Notes under the pieces: generated by a model | What the model was told of the DNA's origin: nothing | Databases searched by the model: none | The model's input: only the letters and a program-made list of their open reading frames with translations | Translations under genes and position numbers: made by a program | Source of the DNA: Lama glama | Lineage: Eukaryota | Assembly (NCBI GenBank): GCA_028534125.1 | Contig: CM052818.1 | Span: 3,226,001 to 3,290,000 of the forward strand | Reading direction: 5' to 3' | Length of the DNA stretch: 64,000 nt | Shown here: positions 22,823 to 35,870 of the stretch, one piece after another | Position numbering within the stretch: position 1 is the first letter of the stretch | Layout: each line of letters starts with the position of its first letter

Positions 22823-24559
22823 TGTTCCCGGCCCAGGACGGAGAGCAGAAGCTGGAATGAGGCCTTGAAACTGTGGCCTGATAGTATGTTGTGAGACTTC
22901 TGTGTTGCAGCCTTGAGAAGAATCTCATATCTTGGGTAGTCACCTGTCAGCAGGGCAGCTGGACCTGTGTCTGCCTTAGGCTTCTTAAATTTAGTAGCAC
23001 ATAGTAGGAATGTTTGATAACACATAGATATGTTGATAATAATAATGTTGATAGCACATAGATAGGAATGTTTTATCATTTTGATAAAAATGATTTGTCA
23101 TTTTTGGTGTAAGTATATGAAAGCACTTAACATGGGGCCTAGCGTATAGCAGGTATCCAAGAAGTGACAGTATTTGAGAAATATTTTGAAATAGTTGTCT
23201 TTCTCTAGGTGCCCTATCTCTACTCATGTGCCTCCACTCTTACCCTCAGGCTAAAGAAATAGGGAATAGCAACATGGATTCCACCTTTAGGAAGTTGCCA
23301 ATTTTTTGTTTGTGGCTTTATGCTCAAGCAGGAAGTATAAACAGCTGCTACGCATTTGAGAGCAAATATATCTGGACCCTGTCCACCAGGTTACTGAAAA
23401 CTTCATCCCAGCTGAAAGTGTCCCACTAGCATGGCTGGTCACCCTGGGTAACTTTCTTGGTAGGGACCTAGTCTGAGAATCTTGATGGGGAAGTCTGTGA
23501 CTCTCTAGGGTGGTTGTGGCATAGCTGGGATAGTTTGTTGGGTGCAGGCATGGAGGAAGGGATAAGGTAGGAGGGAAAAAGGGCTCAGCTCTGTGTCACT
23601 TTCTCCTCATAGGAAGATACAGGCACTCATGGGCCAGGGTCGGTGTTCTGGCCTGCTGTGTTTTGTCACCTCCTTGTAAATGTCAGTCTTGCTCCTGGCT
23701 GCCCTGCAAGGCATTTAGGGTTTAGTAGGAGATGTAATAAGGAATCTAAATCAGATAGTCTTGCTTCAAATCTTAATAGATCTGCAGGGCGAAAATATAC
23801 CTCCCGGGATGTTTTCCATGTGCTGACACAGGAATCCCATCCAGATCTGTGAGTTTCCCTCCATCCTTCTTACCCTTCTCAGCTTGCCTTGATCTTAAGC
23901 TTTTATCCTTTTCACCTTACCGTTGGCCTGGCTTCTGGGAAAAGCAGGGTAAAGGGTGAGGGAGGATGGGTTGAGTGAAGGAACTTGGGGGCAATATGTG
24001 GATTTGTTGTCTTAAATCCTCTGGAACAAAGTGTAGGTGTGGGGAGGAGGATGAGTGAGTGGGTGGGAGAACACACACATGATGCCTGTACCACTTGTCT
24101 GGCACTCAGCCTGGACCCTTGCTTGGTATTATCAATCTCGGTGGTGTTCCTCTTTCTCATTAAAAGCATAAGCATGTACATGCATGTAATTTCATATTAA
24201 TGGAATCATATCTTAAGACTGTTTTTCTTCTTTAATACTATGTTGTAATTGTTTTCACCTTTTCCCCCAGCTGCATTGAGATATAGTTGACGTATAACAT
24301 GATGTAAGTTTAAAGTATACAATGTGATGATGTGTGTCTATTGTTCATCGATTACCACAATATTGTTAACACATCCATCACCTCACATACTTCTTTTTGT
24401 GTGTGTGGTGAGAATTCTTTTTTATTTGATTATGTGTTATAGACACCTTTTCATGTTAGTAAAGTACAGAATAAATGACTGAATTATATTTCCATGGGTG
24501 GATATATCATAATGCATTTTATTCTCTAGTATTTAATATATTTATCTCATCTCTAATCA

Positions 24560-24840
24560 ATGGGGCCTTCCCTGACTCTTTTACTTAAAATTAGTAACAA
24601 CTTCCTTTTCTTTTCTATTTCCCTTTTTTCCTTTACTTTTCTTTATAGCATTTAGCACCACTTGATATAGTATATATTTTTCTTATTTGTTTATTGCCCA
24701 ACACCCTCCATTGGAATGTAAGCTCCATGAAAACAGGGATCTTGGTTTTTTTTTTTTAATCCACTGCTCTGTGCTTAGAGTTTAGACCATTTCCTGGTAT
24801 ACCAGTGGTGCTCAATAATATTTGCTGAATGAATGAATTT
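24560..24840 (+). mobile_element. L2 3' end
   Basis: GAATGTAAGCTCCATGAAAACAGGG...GTGCTCAATAATATTTGCTGAATGAATGAA. Confidence 0.75.
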
Positions 24841-25149
24841 GCTGGATTTTTGGTGTGCCTGTTGGGCTTATTTGTAATATTTTTATTATGTATATTCTGT
24901 GGTAAGTATGTTGGTATGTAATCTTTATACAGTTGTCTAGTATCTCCTTAGGATAAATTCCAAGAAATAGAATGACTGAGTGAAAGGATATGCACAGTTA
25001 AAATGTTTATTCATGTAGCAAAACTACCCTTAAGAATGCTAACTTATACCAACAGCGTGTGAGATTGCCTGTTTCTCCGCATCATCAATAACACTGGCTT
25101 GCATGTTTTTCGTCTTCCCCACTTGACAGGTGGTCTTGTCACCGTAACA

Positions 25150-25370
25150 TGGTAGTTGAGAGTGTGACTCTGGAGCTAGCCTGATGGGGCCTGAATTCTG
25201 ACTCAGCCACTTATTGTGTGACCTTGGGTAAATCATTTAACTTCTCTGTCTCTCAGTTTCATCTTTGGTAAAGTAGGAATAATTACAGCACCCATTTCAT
25301 GAACAGTAAATTACTTAATCCAAGTAAAATGCTTTGATAGTAACTGAGATATGGTACTCAATAAATATAA
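25150..25370 (+). mobile_element. MIR SINE
   Basis: GACTCTGGAGC...TGTGTGACCTTGGGTAAATCATTTAACTTCTCTGTCTCTCAGTTTC. Confidence 0.8.
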
Positions 25371-25572
25371 CTTAATTTACATTTCTTAGAATATTATATC
25401 TTTTCAAATGTATTTTGGACGGCTATATCTATTTTTTGAATCACTTATTCAAAATTTTTAGGGGGACACTATTTAACCCAGTACAGAGCACCTACCACAT
25501 GAAGAGTTTATGTATGTAAGGTGCGTATTTTCCCAGTAATATTTTCTTTGTACATTTTCTGAGTAGTATTTT

Positions 25573-25742
25573 CTTTTTTTAACATTTTTTATTGATTTAT
25601 AATCATTTTACAATGTTTTATCAAATTACAGTGTAGAACACAATTCTTCAGTTCTACATTAACACATGTATATTCATTGTCACATTTTTTTCTCTGTGAG
25701 CTACTGTAAGATCTTGTATATATTTCCCTGTGCTATACAGTA
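25573..25742 (-). mobile_element. young L1 3' end (same subfamily as 57948-59057)
   Basis: Its reverse complement aligns with 58895-59060 (ATAGCACAGGGAAATATA...CACAGAGAAAAAAATGTGACA...AAAAATGT-A tail). Confidence 0.85.
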
Positions 25743-25830
25743 AATATTTTCTTAACAATTTGTAAGAGCTAAGTGTTGACAGAATTGCTCCCAGTTTGTC
25801 ATTTGTTTTTCAACTTTGTTTATGCAATTT

Positions 25831-25969
25831 AAAAAACTGTTTTGGTGGGGAGTGGAGAGGTAATTAGGTTTATTTATTTATTTATTTATTTTAATGGAGG
25901 TACTGGGGATTGAACCAAGGACCTTGTGCTTGCTAAGTAGACGCTCTACCACTGAGCTATACCCTGACC
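25831..25969 (-). mobile_element. tRNA-derived SINE, vic-1-like
   Basis: GGTAATTAGGTT(TATT)n...GGAGGTACTGGGGATTGAACC...CTCTACCACTGAGCTATACCC. TSD ATGCAATTT at 25822-25830 / 25970-25978. Confidence 0.92.
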
Positions 25970-26805
25970 ATGCAATTTTTAAATCTATCTGTAAGTTTGA
26001 CTTTTTTAGGTAGTTGAAATAACCTTTTTCCCTCATAGTTTTTTTTTTTTTTTTTTTGCTACTAGGCCAATGTTTAGAAAAGGCGTGCTTCCCTATCTCA
26101 AAATTATAAAAATAGTTATTCATTCTCTTTGAGTGCTTTGTGTGGCTATGTATTTTTAAATCTTTATAAACTTAAATCTTTGCTCCATCTGGGATTTATT
26201 TTGATATGAAGATAGCATTTGAGATCTGGCTCTTTTTCTTTTCAGTAGTGTCCCAAACCCCTTTTCTGAAGGAACAGGAGTAGGAGCCTTTAATCTGTTC
26301 TCTCTTCCCCTTATTTGAAAGTAGGCTGTCCTAGCGATAGCAAATAGCAAATCTCCATTTTAGAGAATGAATTTAATGGTTGGACTCTGTCAGTAGTCAT
26401 GCATTTGCTGAACTGTGGGGTGAATATGCTGGTGAAGCGGTTTGGGATCAGAACTCGCAGCCTGACTCAGTGATGGGGCTGCTGTGCTCCTTGGTGCAGC
26501 TTCTCTGCTGGCTCTGGGAGCTCCTCCTTAGTGGCCCTAATTTGGGGACTGCTTTGAAGGGGCCATTGTTAGTTTGGAATGACAAGTTCTGTGTTGTTTA
26601 GAAAACAAATGAGGTGACTGTAGCAGGTATTTGTTCACTCCAGTCTAGGGAGTATTGATAGGTATTGATAGAGAGGGTACTGAATGGTGAGAACCCATTG
26701 TGTTCTAGCTCTGCCCTCATCTGCTCCTTTTGGGCTCTAGTGCTGCCCAGTGTCTTGCTTCTGACTCATGATGGAGGGAGGATGATTATTCCATAACAGG
26801 TGCTC

Positions 26806-27228
26806 TGTACTGGCTTGAATAGTGTCCCCCTGAATATTCTTGTCTACCCAGAACCTGTGAATGTGCTCTTATTTGGAAATAGAGTCTTTGTAAGATGTAA
26901 TCAAGTTATGGTGAAGTCATACTGGATTAGGATGGGCCCTAATCCAGTGACTGGTGTTCTTATAAGAAGAAGGAGACACACAAAAAGAAGATGAGCATGT
27001 AGAAATGGAGGCAGAGATTAGAAATATGCTGCCACAAAGAATGATAAAGGTTACTGACAACCATCAGAAGCTGGAAGAAGCAAGGAAAGATTCTTCCCTT
27101 GTACCTTCAGAGGGAGCATGGCCCTGTTGACACTTATATTTTGGATGTCTAGCCTCCAGAAATGTGAGGGAATAAATCTCTGTGTTTAAAGTCACCCAGT
27201 TTGTAGTATGTTACCCTAGGAAACCATG
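26806..27228 (+). mobile_element. MLT1 (ERVL-MaLR) solo LTR, MLT1C-like
   Basis: TGAATAGTGTCCCCC...AGAACCTGTGAATGTG..TTATTTGGAAATAG...GGCCCTAATCCAGTGACTGGTG...GCCTCCAGAAATGTGAG..AATAAAT. Confidence 0.88.
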
Positions 27229-29534
27229 CTCTTATTATCATGCTCTTATTATCATCTCCGTTTTCAGTAAGGAAACTGAGGCCCTGACAGATCAAATACT
27301 TGGAAATCTCTTCCCGCCACTGCTCTGCTGGCTGGGCACTCATTCTGAAGCCCCTGCTATTGTTCTTATCAGCTGTTCACCCTCACCATGGCCTTCGGCT
27401 TTTGGTAGTACTGGGGCTGAGCTGCTCAGATGGCTCCTGTCTCTAACGCAGCATGCCACAGCACTTCCTCATCCCTGCCCACTTCACACCCTAAAGCAGG
27501 CATGCCTGTCAGGAGACTTCTGGCTGTATTCTGATCATTTTAGCAGGTCTCTTCTTGGCCCCACCCTTCCAGGTGAAATCAGGCTTTGTTTTCATTTTCT
27601 TGCAATGTCAGAGAAGTGTCAGCGACAATTTGAAGGAGGGTCACCCAGCTTCTTCTGGCACTTGTTTTTATGTTCCCCATTTCTGGCCTGCTGTATTTCT
27701 TAGAATTCTTGTCAGTAGGCAATTCAAGTCTTTTTTCTTTTTGGAGCTTTCCGGATCTCACATATAGCTCACATGGCACATGTCACAGTTCATGGCTGTA
27801 AGCAGAGATGGAGCAGCTTCACAGTAGTCCTGGTTGTGAGGGCCCTGGGCACTTGTTCTTGGTTAATTCAACCCAGCACAGTGGCTCTCTCCCTTGCCAA
27901 ACAGAGTGGGAGGATAAGGGTATTATTTGACCCAGCTCATCTTCCTGAACAGGACCTTGTCTGCATGGTCTCTTCTCCCTCTGCATCCCATTGCTGTCCA
28001 CAGAATCTTGCCTGTTTCCCAGTATAGACCTTTTGCTTTGGATCCTGATCGTACTCTCTACTCTTTTCACTGGGCTGTGAGTTCCGGGAACTCAGGAACC
28101 ATATCTGTTTTGTTTGCTGCTGTATCCAGGACTGAGTAAAGACTTGGCACTTACTAGCCCCTGAAGAAATGTTTATTGAATGAAGAAATGAATATTGACC
28201 TTGAAGCTTTGGAATCCTGGTTTTCCTTGCTTCTTGCTGAAGCCAGTGACTAGATTAGTAACTTTAGAGGGCTACGTAATAGAAAGATTATGATGTCCCT
28301 CATAATTTCAGCCCTCAGTATTTATTTCAAAAACAATATTAAACACAAAAAAACTATAAAGAAATCTAGCAAAGTGTAAGGAAAATCCAGCAAAATTCTA
28401 ATTTTTGCCATGGTGACTACTTGGATAAATATGAAATAATTTAAAACATTTGTTATTGTTGTCTCTGCTTTGCCAGCTTCCTGAGCACGTGCTGTCAGAA
28501 AATCCTGCCTGGACCAGCCCCTCCCTCACCTTGGACTTTACCTTCATTTCCTCTTTCTGCATCTGCTGAAGCTGCCAGCCAGCCCCTTTCACCCCCTGGT
28601 AGTGTCCAGACACTCCTGAGAGCCCAGCCTGGGCTCCCTGAGGGCTTGCCAAGAAAGTCAAGTAGAATGTGCACACTCCTAGAGTCCCTCATGATGAGAA
28701 CTCCCATGGTGAATTGTGATTGATTTATAGTCAACATAGCATGTTGTGCCAGGTGATTACACTTAGGCCGTTTTTAGTCATAATGATCTGCTTCTGTGAT
28801 CCTATATGTGGAAATTTCTCTGTGGTCCTCCTTGCTAGATCACTGAAAGAGATTTCAAGATGCAGGCCCACTTTGCCAAGGCCATTTAGAGAGGTAAGGT
28901 GTGATTCTGGAAGTGGAGCCCAGGCCTCCAATAGGCTGTTTAAAGGCTATGACCATAATCAAATCCTGTTGCTCCTTGATTCCAAAGAGTTTAAAATAGT
29001 GCTGGAAACCTCCTAGGAAAAAAAGCACCACTGTAACTTCTTGGCTAAGGAGGTGATGGTTGCTGGCCAGAGCAGAAGGCTCCCAAGTTCTATTCTGGAC
29101 CTGTTGGTTTGAGATGTGATATTCAGCAATCTCAGATGATGTCCTGTAGCTCTGATGGTTTCTCATCTTTAGCACAGAGGCTGTGCTTGCAGGGAAGGAG
29201 GCCAGCACACAGGTCTCCTGTCTTCTGGGAGAGTCTTATCATTAGATGTCCTTACTTTCACTTAAATTTCCACACACTTTTTTTTTTTCATGCAGAAACA
29301 TCTCCCACAGAGTTAATATAGGAACCCAGTAATGGCATCCACGTTTTACTTGACTTCCTTTTATCAGAATTGCTTTCCTTTTAGCAGTGTGATTAGATCA
29401 GCTCTTCTAAGGGATGGGAACTTTGATAGGGTTTAGGGAAGAAAGGGAAGGTTGTGTGGGGCATGCACCTTGGACAGCCAGTGAGTAACGTGAGGGTGCC
29501 TAATGAGCTAGATTGGAAAGAACACTACATCCTT

Positions 29535-29745
29535 AGAGCCAGGCATATATTAGATGTTTTCATTTATTTTCTTATTTAATTATCATAATGCAAATCAATA
29601 AAGTATCATCTCCATTTTTGTACATGGGCAAGCTGAAAGTCAGAGAAGGTATATAACTTGCCCAAGGTCAGACAGCTAATAAAAGGCTGAGCAAAGATTT
29701 ATTTCACAGGTCTGTCCAGTTCCAAAGCCCATGTTGTTTTGACAG
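29535..29745 (-). mobile_element. MIR SINE
   Basis: CAGAGAAGGTATATAACTTGCCCAAGGTCAGACAGCTA...TCCAAAGCCCATG. Confidence 0.75.
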
Positions 29746-32700
29746 AGCTTTTCTGTCTCTACAAGATTTAGGAAAGGAGGGTGGGTAAAGAAGAGAAGAG
29801 AGGGAGATACCATCTTTCTCTACCTCACAGTTTTGCTCGTTGAGACATGTTTAACCAGAGCACCCTGTTTATAGAGTAGTACTAGGTTCTATATATAGAG
29901 ATGCTGCAACAACATACGTGGGATAGATACCAATTGGCTGTAGGGGAAGATTAAAAAAGTCTTTGTTCTTTACCTCTAGGTCTTCACTGTAGTGTAACTC
30001 ACAGTGTCAAAACACCACTGGTAACTCTGATGCACTATTTAAGAAACTCTGTCCTGTCATCCAAATAAAATCTGTTGATGTGTTCCAAGGAGTAAGCCAT
30101 GATGGGGGCAGAGGTGAGGGTGTGGTGTGGCCTTAGTGCGTTTACTGGAAGCTGGTGGCACCTGTTTTGATTATTACAGTGAATTATTACTGAGTAAACA
30201 AGAGGTGTCTCTCTTTTGCCTTTCCAAGGGAGACCAGATGGCAGTGGGTATTGGCTCAGAGCCAGGGGAACCTAGCCTCTGGGCTGGCAGAGGAGAGAGC
30301 TTAAGGGTGTCAGATGATGGAATAAGAAGAGACAGGGCTGGTCTGTCAAGTAGTGTAATTTCAGGGGCCAAGAATATGTCCTGCCCCTCAGACTTGCCTC
30401 AACCATTTGCTATTGCTTGGAATTCCACAGGTGAAATTTCTTTCCCTTGATTTTGTCTTTTGAGACTCTATTAAAAATGATGAGACTCTAGGAAGGGGTT
30501 AGATTGTGAAGTATCTTAATCATGTAAGTGGAAGTATGAATGAGTTTGTGAGATTGATTTCTGAGAACCAGACTAAGGCAGGGGCAGAGAAGAGAGAACA
30601 CTACGTCTCCAGTCATAGTGACAGGGAGGAGACACCACTGGGTTTGTGATAAAGGCCCTGAAAAGAGAAGTTGGGACCCTAAAGAAATGCTTTATTTTCT
30701 TCACAGTTTTGTCTGAGGAAAGATAAGGAGCTGAGAGTGGTGGGTATAGAGGCTGTTGAACTCAAGAGGGGGTGCTGGGTAGAAAGATTTCCCACCAGCA
30801 TGCTAAATGTGCAGTCATGGTGTTGTCTGGAGAACAGCTGACAGGCAGAATGTAACAAGGAGGGTAGGACCTTTGGGTCTGTGGTTTGCTGTGATGTCCT
30901 CAGACAAGACTGTGATGGATCACAAGAAGCAGGAGGCAGCTTCCCAGAAATGATGTAAATGGTGGTGCAAAAGATACCACCGATGACAACACGGGCAGGG
31001 TACTTCCTCTGGCTTCTGGTCACAGACAACTTCCGGTCTTGATTTCCCAATGAGCTGTGCTGAGATAGGGCTTTACCGGAAAGTAGAATAAGCCATGTCC
31101 AAAGCAGTTGTAAAGCACTGAGGGTGTCCTACAGAGGTGCAGTTCCCCCTTGTTCACTAACTTTCTGGAGCCAAAATAGCTAAGCCAGAGGTTGCCAGCA
31201 TAGTACCTGTGATTCAGATCTTCAGTGTTTTTGGATTGAATTAGCTCCTAGTAGACTATTCATCTTTTATTTCCCAGTGCTCTCAAACGGCCTTTGTCTG
31301 AATTGTCACATCTTTTCCTCCCCCAGGGAATCTCAGTGCTTTTCCTAGCTCCTCACAGTTGGCTTCATAGATACCTTTCACCCTCAGGCCTGTCCTCCAT
31401 TTCACCTTTAATTTTGGCTTTTCCCCTTGAGAGGATCAAACTCTGTCCAGTTGCCCTGCCTGGACCCCCAGCCTTGTCTAGGACTACAACCTTGTTGTCA
31501 GGCCCTTACCAAGGATTGTGGCCTTTGCTTCCCAGCCTCTCTCAGGCCAGGTCTTTTCTCCGATACTAGAATGTTTTCTTACAACTAGGCTTCGATAGGT
31601 AGAGTCCTGCCTGTGCACAGATCTCCCAGTGTTGACCACCCTGAACTCTGCCACTACACTTCGGGCTAATTGAATGTCTTGCTGGTCTATCCAGCTCTGC
31701 TTCTAGAACAACACTATTAGACTTAGTTGAGCCCCTGTCTTGAATTTCATGTTAGCTTTCCAACTGCCTCTGCCTCAAAAAGAGCTTTTAAAATGCATTT
31801 ATGAAGCTCCAAAAAGGAGATAGAGAGTATAACATTTTCCAGACTTAGTTAACTAGAGAACCTTTTTTTTTCTTTTTTTGGCTGAAGAAATGTTTGAGAT
31901 CTTACAGAATATAGTGTTTGGTGGAGCACAGTTTTGGGAAGGTACAAGGCTTTATCCCAAAGGAATGGACTCAAATGGAGGAATTCTAGATGAAGGTAAT
32001 GTAACAGTCAGTGAAAAAAATCCTTTGAGGGTAGGAAATCTCTCCTGGTGCTCTTCATTCAGCAAATGCCCACTGAGCATCTGTTATTTACCAGTCTGTC
32101 TGCTAGAATCACACCATGTGTTTAACTACTTACTATGTGTCTACATAAGGCTAGCTCTGATCTGGAATGGAGCCCCAAGGTGGGGAAGGAGGTAAAAATT
32201 CTCCATTCTTTCTCCCACATTTGGATTCTATTTCCTTTTCCCTCTTCCTCTAGTTGAAACAGGAAGTGGTGAATGGGGTGATGCCATCATGGCCAATGGT
32301 ATCATCAGCTTCTGGATCCAAGTAAAGAGGACTTCTCTGAGGCTTCTTTCTCCAGGTTTGACCTTTTCTAGGATTTCTGTAGTACTGCTGAGCACCCCTT
32401 CTCTCCCACTCTGGGACTGTTCATCTCAGCATTAGACTCAAGTCTCACTGCTAGTTCAGATTTTGACTTTACATGTGGGCATCAGTGTCAGGTGGGATGG
32501 AGCTCATTCTTATGGAATGGGTGTGACATTAATACATTTTCTACTTTGCCTGTGAAATTCCTCTTCTTTTATAGCTCATGGGCAGTCCAGACTATAACAG
32601 TTTTTCTCAACCCTTCAGTGGAGATAAACCTTCAGTGGAAATAAATGGGCAGGGCCGTCTTGTAGATGGAGAGCCATTTAAATCTGGTAGGTAGATGACC

Positions 32701-35049
32701 AGGTGCCAGGAACTCCAGCTGGCATAGCTGGTAACCAGAGAGGAAGCCAGTCACTTCCTATGTATGTCATTCCCAACCAGGACAGGAAAAATCACTTGAA
32801 ACAGGTAGAAATCACTGACTAAGACTTCTGATTAAGAAATTTTAGGTCCCTTTGAGACCCTGTTGTATGTGTCTTTACTGTTACTAGTGAGGTCTTTGGT
32901 TGGCTGATCTTAACTCAGTTGACTGAGCTAATCATAAAACAGACTAGATGAAAAGGCTCAGCTTTGACCCTTCCCTTAGGTATGATGCTCTTTGAACATC
33001 AACAGAAAGCATCCTCTACCCACGAGCCCCACCTTACAGGCCTTGGCCTATGGCTCTTGTCCATTTCTGCCCCTTCCTCTGAAAGATCATGGTTTTAACT
33101 GTGAAGATCAGTGAGTTCATTTGCAGGAAGGCTTGAAACCCATTTAGAGATCTTAAATAGAACCAGTCAGTTATTTGGTCAGTCTGTAGGTATTTATCAT
33201 TGTTAGTTCATCTGTAACTGCAGAAGGCTTGCTTTCCCCAACTAGTCTTTCCCTAACAGGCTCTCTACATGAGGATGTTTCCTAAGATTCTGTCCTTATC
33301 CCTCCCTTCTCCCTTCCCTCTGTGAACTATACATGGGTGATATCATCTGTGCTTATGATTTTAACTACCACTGATAGGTCAGAAACTCTCAAGTCTCGAT
33401 CTCCAACCCAGATCTCTCTTCTTAGTTCCTGACTCACAGTGGCCAAACACTATTGACAGTATAACCTAAATGGCTCTTAGGCATTTTAAACTCTACATGT
33501 CCCAAGCCAAATTATATTCTTCATCAGCCCATCTTCTTCTCCCTATTCCCTTGTTCCTTCCTATTCCTATTCTTCTTCCTTTGTTCCTTAATTTAGAAGC
33601 GTCACCATCCAGGGTGATTAGTAAACTCATATCTGCATCACTGTCTTCCACTGTTCCCCAACCAGGAATTTAATAGGCCCTGAGTGTAATATAAGATGTG
33701 TAGAATGTGTGTGGATGGTTTTTTTTTTCTTTTTTTCTTTTCTTTCTTATTGTAGTTCTTGTCTGCAAGGCATCCATAGTTGAATTCCACAGAGAAGTTA
33801 ATGAACAGAAAAAAATAATAATAATTAAAGGTTAAACTGAGGCTTAGATTTTTAAGGAAAACGGCAGTTCTGGAAAGGAAAGGTCCAAGGACTAAAACCT
33901 GGTGAGAGAGCTGCATGGAAGAGGTGAGAGTTGGACTAAGGATAGCTGAGGTGAGGTAGGGACCAGAAGACCCCTTTGGGACCATGTGCAGCGGTGAAGG
34001 GATGGGGCATATAATCCTCAGCTTGTTTCTTGTATGAGCAGAGTAACCAGCACCTCCCCCACCAGCTACGTCTGTCACTACTGTACCTAGTGTAGTTGGA
34101 TTCTGTTTAAAAGGTTCTGAGGATTGAGTATCCTAGTGCAACACATTAGTTAGCTGGAACCCCTTTCCCTTAAAATTTTAGCTTAAAGTGTCATTCTGTA
34201 ACTTGTAGAAACTCTGATTCCTTCACCCAGAATTCACCAGATGCCTGGGAGCTCATCTATTCATGGTTACTCTGATTTTGAGCTCTTGCTTCCACTCAGT
34301 TCAGATTATAGATTATCTTTTTGTCTCCAGCATGCTGTCCTTGTTTCCATCCACACTGACCCAGGTATAGAACTCAGAAATCTCCCAGTTCAAAGCCTTT
34401 ATGTGTGTAGCCGACTTTATTAAAGTTTGGGATAATGGAGAGTATTTTACATTGCAGCAAAGTAAGCAACTTGAATTCTAATACTGGCTATCCCTGTCTC
34501 TTAAAGTGCTCTGCCCACCTCTCCATTGAATTCATCACTATTAATATCACCCAGGTCTTGGTCTTTTATAATCTTATCTTTCTCTCCTCTGCAAAACTTC
34601 CTTACTCTCTTGCCACTAAGCACTCCAAATACTTCTTGCTCTCTTATGCAAAGCAGCTGAACTCTAAGTCTCCCTCCCAAGTTCACCTCTCTATATCCAA
34701 AGTCCACTGAAGGGCTCTGCAGAGTAAAAAGCTCACTGCTTCTTAGCCACACAGAGGATTTGTAGAACTTCCGATGTGTTCTTTTACATTATCTTCTCCC
34801 TTTTGGCAACATTTCTTGTTTCTAGTGTTTACTTACCCTAGAAATGGTTTTGCTTTGAAGGATCTGTGGATGGAAGGTAAGAGAATGTTCCCAGCAAAGG
34901 CAACGGTATGAATATAGACAGCAACCTACATAAAACCTATTGTGGGCAATGAAAAACCTCCTCTGACTGGAAAGAAGAATTCTTGTTGGGGAGCAAGCTC
35001 AGAATAGATTAGAGAGTTCAGAAACAGACCTAGGTTTCTATGGGATAGG

Positions 35050-35870
35050 ATAGTATTTAGGACAGATGTCTAACCATTTAAAAGAAAATCTGTACCCTTC
35101 TAGTAAAATTAATTTTAGATAGATTAAAGACTTTTACATAAAAACTAAAGTGACAAGTATACTAGAAAATATATATATACTTTTAGTGTGGTACCAAAGG
35201 CAGAAACCATAAAGGAGAAAGGGTGGTGGATTAGCTTTAAACAATGACAACAAATACCATAAACAAAATAAAAAGTAGATGTCAACTAGTTAAGAAGAGT
35301 TTTCAGCATATCTCTTAATGTGCACAAAGCTCTTACAGATCAATAGGGAAAAAGCAAAAACACAAAAAGAATATGGGAAAAGTCATAGAAGAATAAATAC
35401 AAAAGACCAATAAAGCATATAGAAAAAGGCTGTTTCATGTATAATCCAAAGAACACAAACAGAAATGAGATACCATTTTTCAATTGTTAGACTGACAAAA
35501 ATTAAAAAGAAGGAAATATTTTTTGCTGGTGAGGGCTGGAGAAAACAAGAACTCATACTCTGTTGTTAGGAATAAATGTTAATACATTCATTCTCTCTGA
35601 AGTTCAGTTTGGCAGTATGTATCAAATTTAAGATGCACATGCTCTTAAACCAGTGACTCAACTTCTAGATATTTATCCCAAGAAAAGTGTACCAGAGATA
35701 TAAGTATGAGGTCATTGATTACTGCAGACTTTATAAAGCAGCCAGAATGGCCATTGATAGGGGATTGGTCAGGTAAATTGTGGTATGTCCATACAGTGGT
35801 ACATGAAGTAAATCTATAATTTTTGACACAGAAAGATGGCTCCAGTATATGCCTGAAAAATTATATAGCA
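35050..35870 (+). mobile_element. old L1M (L1ME/L1MC-like) ORF2-3' fragment
   Basis: A-rich strand. AAATGAGATACCATTTTTC, TTTGGCAGTATGTATCAAA, TAAATTGTGGTATGTCCATACAGTGG. Confidence 0.75.

Noticed and set aside
22618..23079. 153-aa ORF with THTHTH run
   Set aside because: It is a translation of the (CA)n microsatellite.
27182..27703. 173-aa ORF
   Set aside because: It begins in the MLT1 LTR and crosses a MIR fragment, with no protein-like features.
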